Origin: Candidatus Micrarchaeota archaeon
GTDB taxonomy: Archaea; Micrarchaeota; Micrarchaeia; Anstonellales; Anstonellaceae
DNA length: 53,334 nucleotides
Reading direction: 5' to 3'
NCBI GenBank assembly: GCA_026413965.1
Contig: JAOAJY010000001.1
Coordinates: 1 to 53,334 of the forward strand
Of this stretch, positions 26,475 to 35,799 are shown piece by piece. The position numbers were made by a program, and so were the translations under genes. How positions within the stretch are numbered: position 1 is the stretch's first letter; every line of letters starts with the position of its first letter. The notes under the pieces are model-generated. The model was not told the DNA's origin. It was given only the letters and a program-made list of their open reading frames with translations, and made no database searches.

Positions 26475-29134
26475 TGGTTCCGATGGAAGAGGAGAAAAAG
26501 GGAAGCCCTGAGCTTTCCAAGCTTCGGATAACCAAGAAAGCCTATGTCTTTGATGTCCGAAAAAAATATTCCATCAGCCGCAACTTTGTGATAAAAAAGG
26601 AGGCGCAAACCCCTGCTGAAAGCATAAAGGAGAAGCTGAAGAGCCTTTTCAAAAAAAAGGAAGGCGAAAAGGAGGAGAAGCCTAAAGCCCAGCCTGCCCC
26701 TCAAAAAGCATTTGGGATAAATCCGGTGATTGCCGGAATACTTGTGGTGCTTGCGATTGTTGTTGGCAGCTTTCTTTTTGTGGTCTGGAGGATGCAGCAG
26801 GAGCCAGAGGAGCCTTCTGCGCCTGCCCAAAAAGGCTACTTTGTTGGCAAGGCAGACTACGAAATAAAGCAAGCAGAGATTTTGACCTCCCCGTCAGGCG
26901 AGGATCTTGGGAGAGTCGCATATTATAGGATAGGCTACACCGCAGAAAACTTAAGCCAGCTGAAATTCAGCCTAAAGCTTTATTCCCAAAAGCCCACCAC
27001 GCAAGTTTTCCTTTTGGAATACGCAAAGGATGGGGCAGACACTTATCCGATATTCAGAAAGCACCTGCTTGAAAATCTCAAAAGCCGCGGGATTCCCATA
27101 AGCGAGATAACCATAGAGAAGCTGGCAGAGCTTCCTGGAGGGGCGACCGTGATAGTGCCCACTGGCTACTTCCCAAAGGAGCTTTTCGGCAAAGACAGCC
27201 ATTTCAGCTTTGAGGACTTGCTTGAGCGTGGCAACAACATAGTATATATAGGATTCCAGGTTGACAGGGTGCTCAACCGGGACGGCCTGACTGAGCCTGT
27301 CGCCTCCACGAACCTCCAATTCAGCAAAGCCAAACTCTCCTCCACGGACGGATTTAGGCTTTTTGACGCGCAATATTCTGCCTCAGGAACCGGAAACCTA
27401 TACTCTGCTGGCCAGATTTACGGCTCTGTTAGCGTGGTTAAGTCCTCAAAAGGAGGAGGTGCGCTGGTCATACTTCCCCAAAGCCTTGACGGAGGCTGGC
27501 GCGGGGACCAGCGAATGACCAGCGGAGAAGTTGCAGCAGGAGATATTGCCAGGCTGATTGAGGAGCAGCGATGGCTCTTGCCAATAGCCTCGGCAGAGGC
27601 TTCTGCTGAGCTTGGCGGCGAAGAAAAGCAGGCAGGCAGCCTTGAGCTTTATAGCTCAGCATTCACAGCAAACCGAGCCTACGCACAAATTTCAGCTGAA
27701 GCTGAGGATACTGGGGGGGCAAAAACAAGGAAAGTGGAGGTCGTGGAGCTGGAAAAAGCTCCGAAAGGGGAGATGCAGCCAAGGGAGCCTGTGGCAGTGC
27801 CCTACTACCTTTCTGGGCAGCTGACTCGCCTGAACATCCAGCTGAGGGAAGACAGCTCCAAGCCTGTGAAGCTTTTTGTAAAGCTTTACAGGAACGGCTC
27901 TTTGGCTCAGGAAGAAGAGCTGGAGCTTGGGATGACCAATCCAACAGCAGAAAAGCCCAAAGACATACCCGTGAATGTTGAGCCAGGCACCTATCTTGTC
28001 CGGGTGGAAAGCCGGGAAGGTAAAGTGTACGCCCAAACTTTTGTCCGAGTGACAGGGCTGGAAGCTGGCATCAGGTCAGCCAACTGGCAGAACCGGACTT
28101 TTGTCTTTTACTTTTCGGCAGGCAATCAGTCAGTCAACCCAAGGACTGTTGAAATATCCATGGATGGCAAGAACTGGAAAAAATTCACTTCCTCACAATA
28201 CCAATTTTCTGGAGGGGAGACCCAAATTGCCTATAGCTATCCAGAAAGCATAACCCCAGGCAACCACACTTTCCAGATAATCATAGGAAGCTGGAGCAAG
28301 CAGATAGTCCAAGAATACCGCCCTACGAGGTATCCTTGGGACAACCCATTATTTGTGATTCTTGGGGTTCTTTCAATCCTTATATTTGCGGTCGGGATGT
28401 TTTTGCGCAGGCCCGAGACTTTGAAATATGGGCTGGATGTGCCTGACTTTCCTCCGATTTCTGCGATAAAGATACCTGTCAAAAGGGAAGCAGTCATGCA
28501 AATATTCAACGATGTGAACGCAAGCTATTCGTGGCAATACATGCCTCTCCGCCCAGAGGAGATAAAAAACGGCTTCCGGCGGCTAACCTACAACGGCAAG
28601 CCCATACTTATAGGGGACTTCAATTTGGAGAGGGTGCTTTTCAAGCTGAAAGAGGAGGGGAAAGTGAAGGAGGAGCTGGGATACTATGGGCTGAGCCAAT
28701 GGGAATCCCAAAGCAAGCACACCATAAGATATCTTGCGATATACCGGATAATGAGGAACGTCTTTGTCAACAGTGCAGTGCGCTTCTCCAAGCTTGACGC
28801 CATTCCTGAATGCGATGTGAAAGCAATTGTGGGCAAGGAGGAGATATACTTCCACATAATGGAGGAGCCTTTCTCTGCTGAGGACAAAACATATCCAAAT
28901 GGAGCAGTCTGCAGGGGGGCGGAAACCATAGTCCATCGGGCGCTTGCCACTGCCAAAAAAGGAACCACAATAATTGTATTCAGGACTGAGGAGGAGAGGG
29001 ATTCATTCTTTGACAGCCTCGCCGCGCCTTCCAAGCTGGCGGTGGCTTTGAAGATGGAGATAAGCAACCGGAACATTTTCCTGCTTCCTGTCAAGAACGC
29101 AATTTCGGCATTCTTGAAAGGCGTGGTCAAATAA
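26474..29134 (+). CDS. Large membrane protein: two TMs flanking a large extracellular beta-rich region, cytoplasmic C-terminal domain
   Basis: TM at about aa 85-105 and about 625-645; N-x-S/T sequons (NLS, NGS, NRT, NQS, NHT) between them; TGATG coupling. Confidence 0.8.
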   Translation: MVPMEEEKKGSPELSKLRITKKAYVFDVRKKYSISRNFVIKKEAQTPAESIKEKLKSLFKKKEGEKEEKPKAQPAPQKAFGINPVIAGILVVLAIVVGSFLFVVWRMQQEPEEPSAPAQKGYFVGKADYEIKQAEILTSPSGEDLGRVAYYRIGYTAENLSQLKFSLKLYSQKPTTQVFLLEYAKDGADTYPIFRKHLLENLKSRGIPISEITIEKLAELPGGATVIVPTGYFPKELFGKDSHFSFEDLLERGNNIVYIGFQVDRVLNRDGLTEPVASTNLQFSKAKLSSTDGFRLFDAQYSASGTGNLYSAGQIYGSVSVVKSSKGGGALVILPQSLDGGWRGDQRMTSGEVAAGDIARLIEEQRWLLPIASAEASAELGGEEKQAGSLELYSSAFTANRAYAQISAEAEDTGGAKTRKVEVVELEKAPKGEMQPREPVAVPYYLSGQLTRLNIQLREDSSKPVKLFVKLYRNGSLAQEEELELGMTNPTAEKPKDIPVNVEPGTYLVRVESREGKVYAQTFVRVTGLEAGIRSANWQNRTFVFYFSAGNQSVNPRTVEISMDGKNWKKFTSSQYQFSGGETQIAYSYPESITPGNHTFQIIIGSWSKQIVQEYRPTRYPWDNPLFVILGVLSILIFAVGMFLRRPETLKYGLDVPDFPPISAIKIPVKREAVMQIFNDVNASYSWQYMPLRPEEIKNGFRRLTYNGKPILIGDFNLERVLFKLKEEGKVKEELGYYGLSQWESQSKHTIRYLAIYRIMRNVFVNSAVRFSKLDAIPECDVKAIVGKEEIYFHIMEEPFSAEDKTYPNGAVCRGAETIVHRALATAKKGTTIIVFRTEEERDSFFDSLAAPSKLAVALKMEISNRNIFLLPVKNAISAFLKGVVK

Positions 29135-29175
29135 ACCCTTATAAATTGCAGATGGATTGGATTTTCGGTAGGTTT

Positions 29176-30369
29176 ATGAAGGTAGCCATGCTTGGCTGGG
29201 AATTCCCGCCTTTCATGTCTGGCGGGCTGGGAGTCCACTGCTTTGAGCTGACAAGAGCATTGTGCAGGCTGGGGGTTCGCATAGATTTTTACATGCCAGT
29301 CAGCGGGCAAAAGGTTGAAAGCTCCTGCCCTTCAATAAGGATCATTGAAGTCGCAAAAACCGAGCTTAGGCCTTATCTTTTTTTCTCAAAAGCCTCCCAA
29401 AAGGCAAGCTATGGAGAGAACCTGATTTCCGCGGTCAGAGAATATTGGAAAAAATGCGAGGAGGCTGTGGTGGAATGCGCCAGGGAGGAAAAATACGACC
29501 TTGTGCACACCCATGACTGGCTCACATACAAGGCAGGGGCAGAGGCAAGCAGAAGATTGCGCATGCCGCTTGTCCAGACGTTCCACTCCACTGAGTTTGA
29601 CCGAACCTCTTGGCCTTGGGATTACATACTTGGAGTGGAAAGGGAAGCAGCAGAGAAAGCAGACTTGATAATAGCAGTGAGCAATCGCATGAAAGAGCAA
29701 GTCATGCGCCTTGGGGCTCCAAAGGAGAAGATAAGGGTGGTTTACAACGGGGTGGATTACGCAAGGTTTTCTTGCCCTCAGACTCTTGGCAAAGCAGAGC
29801 AAAATTTCAAGGGGGGCAAAAAGCTTGTCCTTTTTTTGGGGAGGCTGACCGAGCAGAAGGGACCTGTCCAGTTTTTGCACGCGGCAAAGAAGGTGCTTTC
29901 AGCCAATCCAGACGTCATCTTTGTGATTGTGGGCAAAGGGGAGCTGCTTCCGCTTCTGATAAACATGAGCATTTCCCTTGGAATATCGCAAAATGTCAGG
30001 TTCTTGGGGTTTGTGCCTGAGGAAGAGCAGAAGAAGATATACAAAATGGCGGATGTGTTTGTCATGCCCTCAACCTCCGAGCCATTCGGGATAACCGCCT
30101 TGGAGGCCATGAGCAGCGGAGTTCCGGTGATAATCTCCAAAACCTCAGGAGTGGCTGAGATAGCAAAAGCCGCAATAAAGGTGGATTTCTGGGACATCGA
30201 CAAGATGGCCGACAGGATACTTGCGGTCCTCAAATACCAGCCGCTTGCCGCCACCATGTCAAAGCTTGCGGAACGGGAGGCAAGCTCTTTTGGATGGGAA
30301 AAAACCGCAGAGAAAACTTTGGAGGTTTACAAGGAAGCGCTGTCCAAGCATGCGGAAAGAAAGCTGTGA
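29176..30369 (+). CDS. GT4 glycosyltransferase, glycogen synthase-like
   Basis: MLGWEFPP..SGGLG, HTHDWLT, HSTEFDR, QKGP, SEPFGITALEAM; paired with GH57. Confidence 0.9.
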   Translation: MKVAMLGWEFPPFMSGGLGVHCFELTRALCRLGVRIDFYMPVSGQKVESSCPSIRIIEVAKTELRPYLFFSKASQKASYGENLISAVREYWKKCEEAVVECAREEKYDLVHTHDWLTYKAGAEASRRLRMPLVQTFHSTEFDRTSWPWDYILGVEREAAEKADLIIAVSNRMKEQVMRLGAPKEKIRVVYNGVDYARFSCPQTLGKAEQNFKGGKKLVLFLGRLTEQKGPVQFLHAAKKVLSANPDVIFVIVGKGELLPLLINMSISLGISQNVRFLGFVPEEEQKKIYKMADVFVMPSTSEPFGITALEAMSSGVPVIISKTSGVAEIAKAAIKVDFWDIDKMADRILAVLKYQPLAATMSKLAEREASSFGWEKTAEKTLEVYKEALSKHAERKL

Positions 30370-30373
30370 TGGT

Positions 30374-31555
30374 ATGCACATTTGCATTTACTTCCAGGTC
30401 CACCAGCCTCTTAGGCTCGCCAACTTCTCCATAACCAAGGATTATGATGAGGACATGGAAAGCTACTTTGACAGCCAGCTCAACCGCAGGATAATGGAGA
30501 AAGTCGCCCAGAAATGCTATCTTCCGGCAAACCGGCTGATGCTTGAGCTTTTGGAAAAAAACCCTGGCTTCAAGGTAAGCTATTCGCTCACAGGGGTTTT
30601 TATTGAGCAGTGCAAGATGTTTGCTCCCGAGGTTATGCAGACTTTCGCTGAGCTTGCCAAAACAGGAAGGGCCGAATTCCTTTCAGAGACCTATTACCAC
30701 TCGCTTTCCTGCCTTTTTGAAGACAAGGAAGAATTCATATCCCAAATTGAGCTTCATTCCAAAGCAATATCGGAATTTGCCTCTCCATCAAAGGTTTTCC
30801 GCAACACCGAAGCGATGTTCTCAAACGAAATAGCCTATTTGGCAGAAAGGCTTGGCTACAAAGGCATACTTGCGGAGGGGTTGGACCACATATTAGGCTG
30901 GCGCTCGCCAAATTACCTTTACACTGTGAGCGGATGCGAAAGCATAAAGGCTCTCCTGAGGCACTACCGGCTTTCGGACGATGTCGGCTACAGGTTCTCT
31001 GCGAAATGGTGGAGCGAGTATCCGCTCACAGCGGAAAAATACGCAAGATGGCTTTCGGAGCTGCAGGGGGACTGCGTCAATATCTTCATGGATTATGAGA
31101 CTTTTGGGGAGCACCACTGGGAAGACACCGGCATATTTGAATTTTTGCGCCACCTTCCGCAAGAGGTGCAGAAGCACAGGCACCTTGCATTCTCCACCCC
31201 ATCTGAGATTGTAGATAAAGCCCCAGCAAGAGGGGAGATAGATGTCCCGCACACCACCTCATGGGCAGACATGGAGCGCGACACATCGGCTTGGCTTGGA
31301 AACGACATGCAAAAAAGCAGCTTTGCCTTTCTTGAGTCGCTTGGGAAAAAAGTCAAGCAGACTGGAGACAAAGACATCATCAGGGTTTGGAGAATGCTCC
31401 AAAACTCGGACCACTTCTATTATATGTGCACAAAGTCCTTGTCTGACCAAGACGTGCACAACTACTTTTCGCCTTATGACTCCCCCTTTGACGCTTACAT
31501 AAACTACATGAACATACTGCAAGACTTTGCCAAAAAAGTGGAGCAGCGCCTTTAG
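30374..31555 (+). CDS. Glycoside hydrolase family 57 (alpha-amylase)
   Basis: YFQVHQP.RL, CYLPAN, ETYYHSL, FRNTE, MDYETFGEH, SWAD.ERD, SDHFYYM; start at ATG 30374. Confidence 0.94.
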   Translation: MHICIYFQVHQPLRLANFSITKDYDEDMESYFDSQLNRRIMEKVAQKCYLPANRLMLELLEKNPGFKVSYSLTGVFIEQCKMFAPEVMQTFAELAKTGRAEFLSETYYHSLSCLFEDKEEFISQIELHSKAISEFASPSKVFRNTEAMFSNEIAYLAERLGYKGILAEGLDHILGWRSPNYLYTVSGCESIKALLRHYRLSDDVGYRFSAKWWSEYPLTAEKYARWLSELQGDCVNIFMDYETFGEHHWEDTGIFEFLRHLPQEVQKHRHLAFSTPSEIVDKAPARGEIDVPHTTSWADMERDTSAWLGNDMQKSSFAFLESLGKKVKQTGDKDIIRVWRMLQNSDHFYYMCTKSLSDQDVHNYFSPYDSPFDAYINYMNILQDFAKKVEQRL

Positions 31556-32598
31556 CGCTTGTAAATGAAGGCCTTGTGCTCTCTGCTGTAGACAAACCTT
31601 TCGCTCCTCTCATGCGAGCCATAATAGATGGTTATTGAAAGAGCTCCGTCAGGAAGCACCGCAGACCCAACCACGCTTGAGAAATGCTGCGCTCTTTGGG
31701 AAGATATCTCAATGGATGCCTCAAACACAAAATGCCTGAAATTGTTGTTTCTGGCGGGGTCTGGGTCTTTGAGCGAGGGGGTCCTGCACTCAAAAGAATA
31801 TGCGGAAGGGGTGTGGAGAGCATCCTCCACTTTTTTTGGAGCCAAGCCTATGTTTTCTGCTGCGGCAGTCAGGCTATCAAGGAAGAAGATGAAGCTTACC
31901 CCCATTTCTTCAACCATGTCATTGAGCGTTTTGAGGAGCGGAAGCTGGAATTTGGATCCGTTAGCTGAAATCTTCATGACCATAGACTGCACTTTGAAAG
32001 ATTTGGATGCAAAATCATAATCCACCTCAACCACTGGGTAAACCAGCTTGGTTGAGGGGCTGAAAAGATGGCCTTCTGGGATATTTGTGGACAGTATGGA
32101 AAGCGAACCAACGCAAGCATTTGGCTTCCCATGCAGATATATCCCTGAATTATTTTCTTCTTTGAGGAGAACCAGCCTTGAATTGAACGCGGCCTTCCCG
32201 AAAGATTCTGCTATTTGCTCAGCTTTTTTTGGCAGCTTGTACAAGGACAGAAGAGACCCCAAGCTTGCAAAATCTGACTTCTCAACAAGGCTTGGAGGAG
32301 AGAGGCTTTCAACCTCCTTGATTGTGCTTTCCATAGTCTTGATAAGAGTGGGGAGAGAGTCTTCAGGGGCTTCCTTTGCCCTCTCCACAAGAAGGCCCAT
32401 AAAGACGTTGCACTCCTCAAGATAAGTGAGCCCTCGGGCAATCTGCCTTTTGGTCAAAGGGACTTCAAAACTTGCAACTCCGGCTTTGACCTCATTTTTG
32501 TGCTCCAAAAGCCTTTTTCTCATCATAGGCATGGTTATTTGCTTGAAATCCCTGTCAAGATGGGCAGCTTTTGAAACAAAGTGCATTCTGTCTGCCAT
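31552..32598 (-). CDS. Hypothetical protein
   Basis: 348-aa ORF filling the gap, AT-rich promoter region upstream; no recognised motif. Confidence 0.7.
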   Translation of the reverse strand: MADRMHFVSKAAHLDRDFKQITMPMMRKRLLEHKNEVKAGVASFEVPLTKRQIARGLTYLEECNVFMGLLVERAKEAPEDSLPTLIKTMESTIKEVESLSPPSLVEKSDFASLGSLLSLYKLPKKAEQIAESFGKAAFNSRLVLLKEENNSGIYLHGKPNACVGSLSILSTNIPEGHLFSPSTKLVYPVVEVDYDFASKSFKVQSMVMKISANGSKFQLPLLKTLNDMVEEMGVSFIFFLDSLTAAAENIGLAPKKVEDALHTPSAYSFECRTPSLKDPDPARNNNFRHFVFEASIEISSQRAQHFSSVVGSAVLPDGALSITIYYGSHERSERFVYSREHKAFIYKR

Positions 32599-32712
32599 GC
32601 TAAATTAATCAAAACGAGATTTTTTAAATATATCTTTTACCATTTATTGCAACAAATTCAGCAATTATAATCCAAGTATAATAATTAAATTATCTAACAC
32701 CGATTTGCACTC

Positions 32713-35514
32713 ATGTCCGATTTTTCAGCTGGCGGGCTTGGGATGGGCAGGCAAAAGATACTTGCCAATATCCAGATGATAAGAAGCGATGAGAATATTG
32801 GCGGGGCGATTTTGGTTGCCTTAGGCACCCTTTTCATGCTCCTCTCCTTTCCTTTCTATCCAATATATATTGTGTTTCTGCTTGCAATTGCTACTGGAGT
32901 CATAGCGTACAAGCAGCCTCCTTTTGGGACAATAGCCAGCATGGCATTGGCGCTTCCTGCGGTGGCATACCAAGCGCCAGTCTTGGCATGGGTCTTCAGC
33001 ATGGCGCTTGCAATAACCTTGTTTGAGGCATTTGAGCATTGGAAAACCATATCTTTCTTGCAGGTGGCAATCCTGATGCCATTTGCCCCTGAGCCCATTT
33101 CCCTCCTTTCAGGGTTCATCTTCCTTGCGCTGGGCATAGCTGCCATGCACTTTGGAAGCCAGCATAGCTTTGCCATCTCCCTTCCTGCCATATTCATTGT
33201 GCTTTTGCTTTCCACCGTGTGGCTTCAGCCCACCTCCTCCTTCATAACCATATCCAACAGCTACCAAAGCCTTTATGGGCCTGCCATGGACCAGCTGCAG
33301 AACAATGGCAAGCCTGCTGTTGAGCTGGGGCTCTTAATCTCAGAGATGGGCATGGCTTTTGCCTCCATGTTCTCAATTGACAATTTGAGGTATGTCTCAC
33401 CTGCCATTGAAAAGATAGGCAGCAACACCATCACTTTGCTTGCAAAAGACTCCGCATTGCCCCAGCTTGCTGCTTGGGCAGCCGCGCTTTTCCTTTGCGC
33501 ATTTTTGCCTGCCAGGTTTGAGCACCGCTACAAGCAGGCGCTTTCCTCCCTTTCGCTTTTCATAGTCCCTGCCGCAAATGCGGTTACTGCGCCGGCATTC
33601 GGCAACAGCTTCTCTGAGCTGGCTTTCCTTTACTGCGGGCTGTCGGTGGGGGCAATTGCGGTCTTGGAGCACTATGGGTTCGCCTTATCGCAGGAAAAGA
33701 AGGTGATTAGGGCAAAAAAGCAGAAGGCTTTCGGCAAATTCGGGTTGCAGGACCTGGGAGATTCTGAGGGTGTGGATTCGCTTGATGATGTGGGGGGCTA
33801 TGAGGATGTCAAGCTTGAGCTTCGCGAGGCGATAGTTGCCCCCCTGAAGCAAAAGGAGCTGACTTACACTTATGGGATAAAGCCGCCAAACGGCATCCTG
33901 CTTTTCGGCCCTCCTGGAACAGGCAAAACCCTGCTGATGAAAGCCCTTGCCAAAGAGCTTTCGCTTGGGTTCTACTACGTCAAATGCTCGGATTTGCTTT
34001 CCGAATGGTATGGAGAGTCGGAGAAGAATGTGGCAGAGGTGTTCGCGATAGCCCGCAAAAACGCCCCTTGCGTGCTTTTCTTTGACGAAATTGACTCCAT
34101 AGGCAAAAGAAGGGACGCCTACACCTCAGATGATGTTGCCCCGCGCATAATGAGCGTGCTTTTGGAGGAGCTGGACGGATTCAAGGGCAAAAAGACAGTA
34201 ATAACAATTGGAGCAACCAACGTCCCAGACCAGCTGGACCCGGCGCTTATGAGGCCCGGAAGGTTTGACAAAGTCATCTACATGCACCTGCCGGATGCCA
34301 AAGCCCGAGAGGCGATATTCAAAGTGCACCTCTCCAAGCTTCCGCGCGAGGAGAACATAGACTACGGCAAGCTTGCGGCAATGACTGAGCGCTATTCTGG
34401 CGCAGACATAAAGAACATATGCACTGAGGCTTCCAGGCTTGCCGCGCGGGAGGCCCTCAAATCCGACGCAGTGGTTCCAATAACCATGAGCCACCTGGTC
34501 TCCACCATAAAGAAAATCAAGCCCTCAGTCTCCCTTGAGCAGCTTGAAACTTACGAGAAGTTCCGCATGGACTATGAGCGCAGGACCGAGGCTGTGGAGA
34601 AGGAGCCTGAGCCTGACAAGGTCCGCTGGGAAGACGTGGCTGGCTTGGACGAGGTGAGAAGAATCCTTTTGGAAGCCATAGAGATTCCCCTTCTTCATGA
34701 GGAATTGCTTAAGGAGATGGATGTCAAGCCTCCCAAAGGCTTGCTTTTGTTCGGGCCTCCAGGATGCGGAAAGACCATGATTGTCAAAGCCGCAGTCAAT
34801 GAGCTTAAAGCCAATTTCCTATCCATTTCAGGAGCAGAGCTTATGAAAGGCAAAGACAAGCACCCTGCGGCTTATGTCAAGGAGGTTTTCAACCGGGCGC
34901 GCGAGTCCGCCCCTGCCTTGGTCTTCATTGATGAGATTGAGGCTCTTGCCCCAAGCAGAAACGAGTACAGGGGAGGCATACTGACCGAGCTTTTGCAGGA
35001 AATAGACGGAGTGAAGGAGCTCAAGAATGTCATGATAATTGGCGCCACCAACAAGCCTTCTGCCTTGGACTCTGCAATCCTTCGCCCTGGCAGGTTTGAC
35101 AAGATAATATATATACCTCCGCCAGACCTTCCTGCAAGGGAGAGGCTGTTTGCCATAAGCCTTGCCAAGGCAATAAAAGGATATGCAAGAAAGCTTGCCG
35201 CCAAGCTCAAAGGCTACAGCCAGATGGATGAAAAGCAGAAGCGCAAGGCCGAGGACATGGTGGCAGATGAGGTGCTGAAAACTTTGGACTTCAGGAAGAT
35301 GGCTGAGCTTACCGAAGGATTTTCAGGCGCAGACATAGCTTCGGTATGCCAGGAGGTCAAAATGCAGCTTGTGCGGAACGAGCTTGCAGGGAAGATAACG
35401 CCATTCAACACTGAATTTGTGGTCAAAGCCATAAGCGGAAGAAGGCCCTCAATCACCCAGGCAGACTTGAACGAGTATGCGCAATTCAAGCGCGCCTATG
35501 GAGAAAGAAAATGA
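32713..35514 (+). CDS. Polytopic membrane-anchored tandem AAA+ ATPase (Cdc48-like D1/D2)
   Basis: About 320-aa multi-TM N-terminus; D1 GPPGTGKT/FFDEID/RPGRFD, D2 GPPGCGKT/FIDEIE/RPGRFD; start could be 32743. Confidence 0.9.
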   Translation: MSDFSAGGLGMGRQKILANIQMIRSDENIGGAILVALGTLFMLLSFPFYPIYIVFLLAIATGVIAYKQPPFGTIASMALALPAVAYQAPVLAWVFSMALAITLFEAFEHWKTISFLQVAILMPFAPEPISLLSGFIFLALGIAAMHFGSQHSFAISLPAIFIVLLLSTVWLQPTSSFITISNSYQSLYGPAMDQLQNNGKPAVELGLLISEMGMAFASMFSIDNLRYVSPAIEKIGSNTITLLAKDSALPQLAAWAAALFLCAFLPARFEHRYKQALSSLSLFIVPAANAVTAPAFGNSFSELAFLYCGLSVGAIAVLEHYGFALSQEKKVIRAKKQKAFGKFGLQDLGDSEGVDSLDDVGGYEDVKLELREAIVAPLKQKELTYTYGIKPPNGILLFGPPGTGKTLLMKALAKELSLGFYYVKCSDLLSEWYGESEKNVAEVFAIARKNAPCVLFFDEIDSIGKRRDAYTSDDVAPRIMSVLLEELDGFKGKKTVITIGATNVPDQLDPALMRPGRFDKVIYMHLPDAKAREAIFKVHLSKLPREENIDYGKLAAMTERYSGADIKNICTEASRLAAREALKSDAVVPITMSHLVSTIKKIKPSVSLEQLETYEKFRMDYERRTEAVEKEPEPDKVRWEDVAGLDEVRRILLEAIEIPLLHEELLKEMDVKPPKGLLLFGPPGCGKTMIVKAAVNELKANFLSISGAELMKGKDKHPAAYVKEVFNRARESAPALVFIDEIEALAPSRNEYRGGILTELLQEIDGVKELKNVMIIGATNKPSALDSAILRPGRFDKIIYIPPPDLPARERLFAISLAKAIKGYARKLAAKLKGYSQMDEKQKRKAEDMVADEVLKTLDFRKMAELTEGFSGADIASVCQEVKMQLVRNELAGKITPFNTEFVVKAISGRRPSITQADLNEYAQFKRAYGERK

Positions 35515-35627
35515 CAGCTTTAATCTCTTATAACCACAGGAATTCGTCATTTCTGTGTTGAATAATACGGATAATGACGATATTATATATTTTTTTTATA
35601 AAATATTTTTTAAAAAATTGGACAAAC

Positions 35628-35635
35628 TTTATAAA
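35628..35635 (+). promoter_or_regulatory. TATA box (TTTATAAA) of S-layer gene
   Basis: Consensus TATA with upstream gacaaa BRE-like element; implies a leader of about 140 nt. Confidence 0.75.
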
Positions 35636-35656
35636 TGTAGCTAAAGACATCAAAGC

Positions 35657-35794
35657 CAGTCTCCTATGAGAGAGACTGACCAAGCTCTCGAGGGGAAAGG
35701 TACGAAAAAAGGAATGAAAGGAAAGAATACAGGGCAAAAGATAAATGTCGTCGATAAGATTTGTACCTTGCCCTGAAAGACGACATTTGAGGTG
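35657..35794 (+). promoter_or_regulatory. Structured 5' leader of S-layer mRNA (5' hairpin plus three crossing helices, ending at GAGGTG RBS)
   Basis: Complementary pairs 35657-63/35672-78, 35697-706/35760-69, 35730-37/35768-75, 35743-52/35779-88. Confidence 0.65.
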
Positions 35795-35799
35795 AAAAA

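Noticed and set aside
30221-30373. ORF-track N-terminal extensions (GH57 from 30221, UbiA from 10065, HMGR from 9271, Yip1 from 51898)
   Set aside because: They overlap neighbouring genes; downstream starts fit the family N-termini and RBS/TATA spacing better
29176-31555. Glycogen synthase-like GT4 and GH57 as part of the ATPase operon
   Set aside because: They have their own TATA-like box (TTATAAA near 29139) and form a common, well-known glycogen gene pair
35575-35620. Very AT-rich palindromic stretch as a replication origin
   Set aside because: No ORB repeats and no cdc6/orc1 nearby; better explained as terminator and upstream promoter region of the S-layer gene
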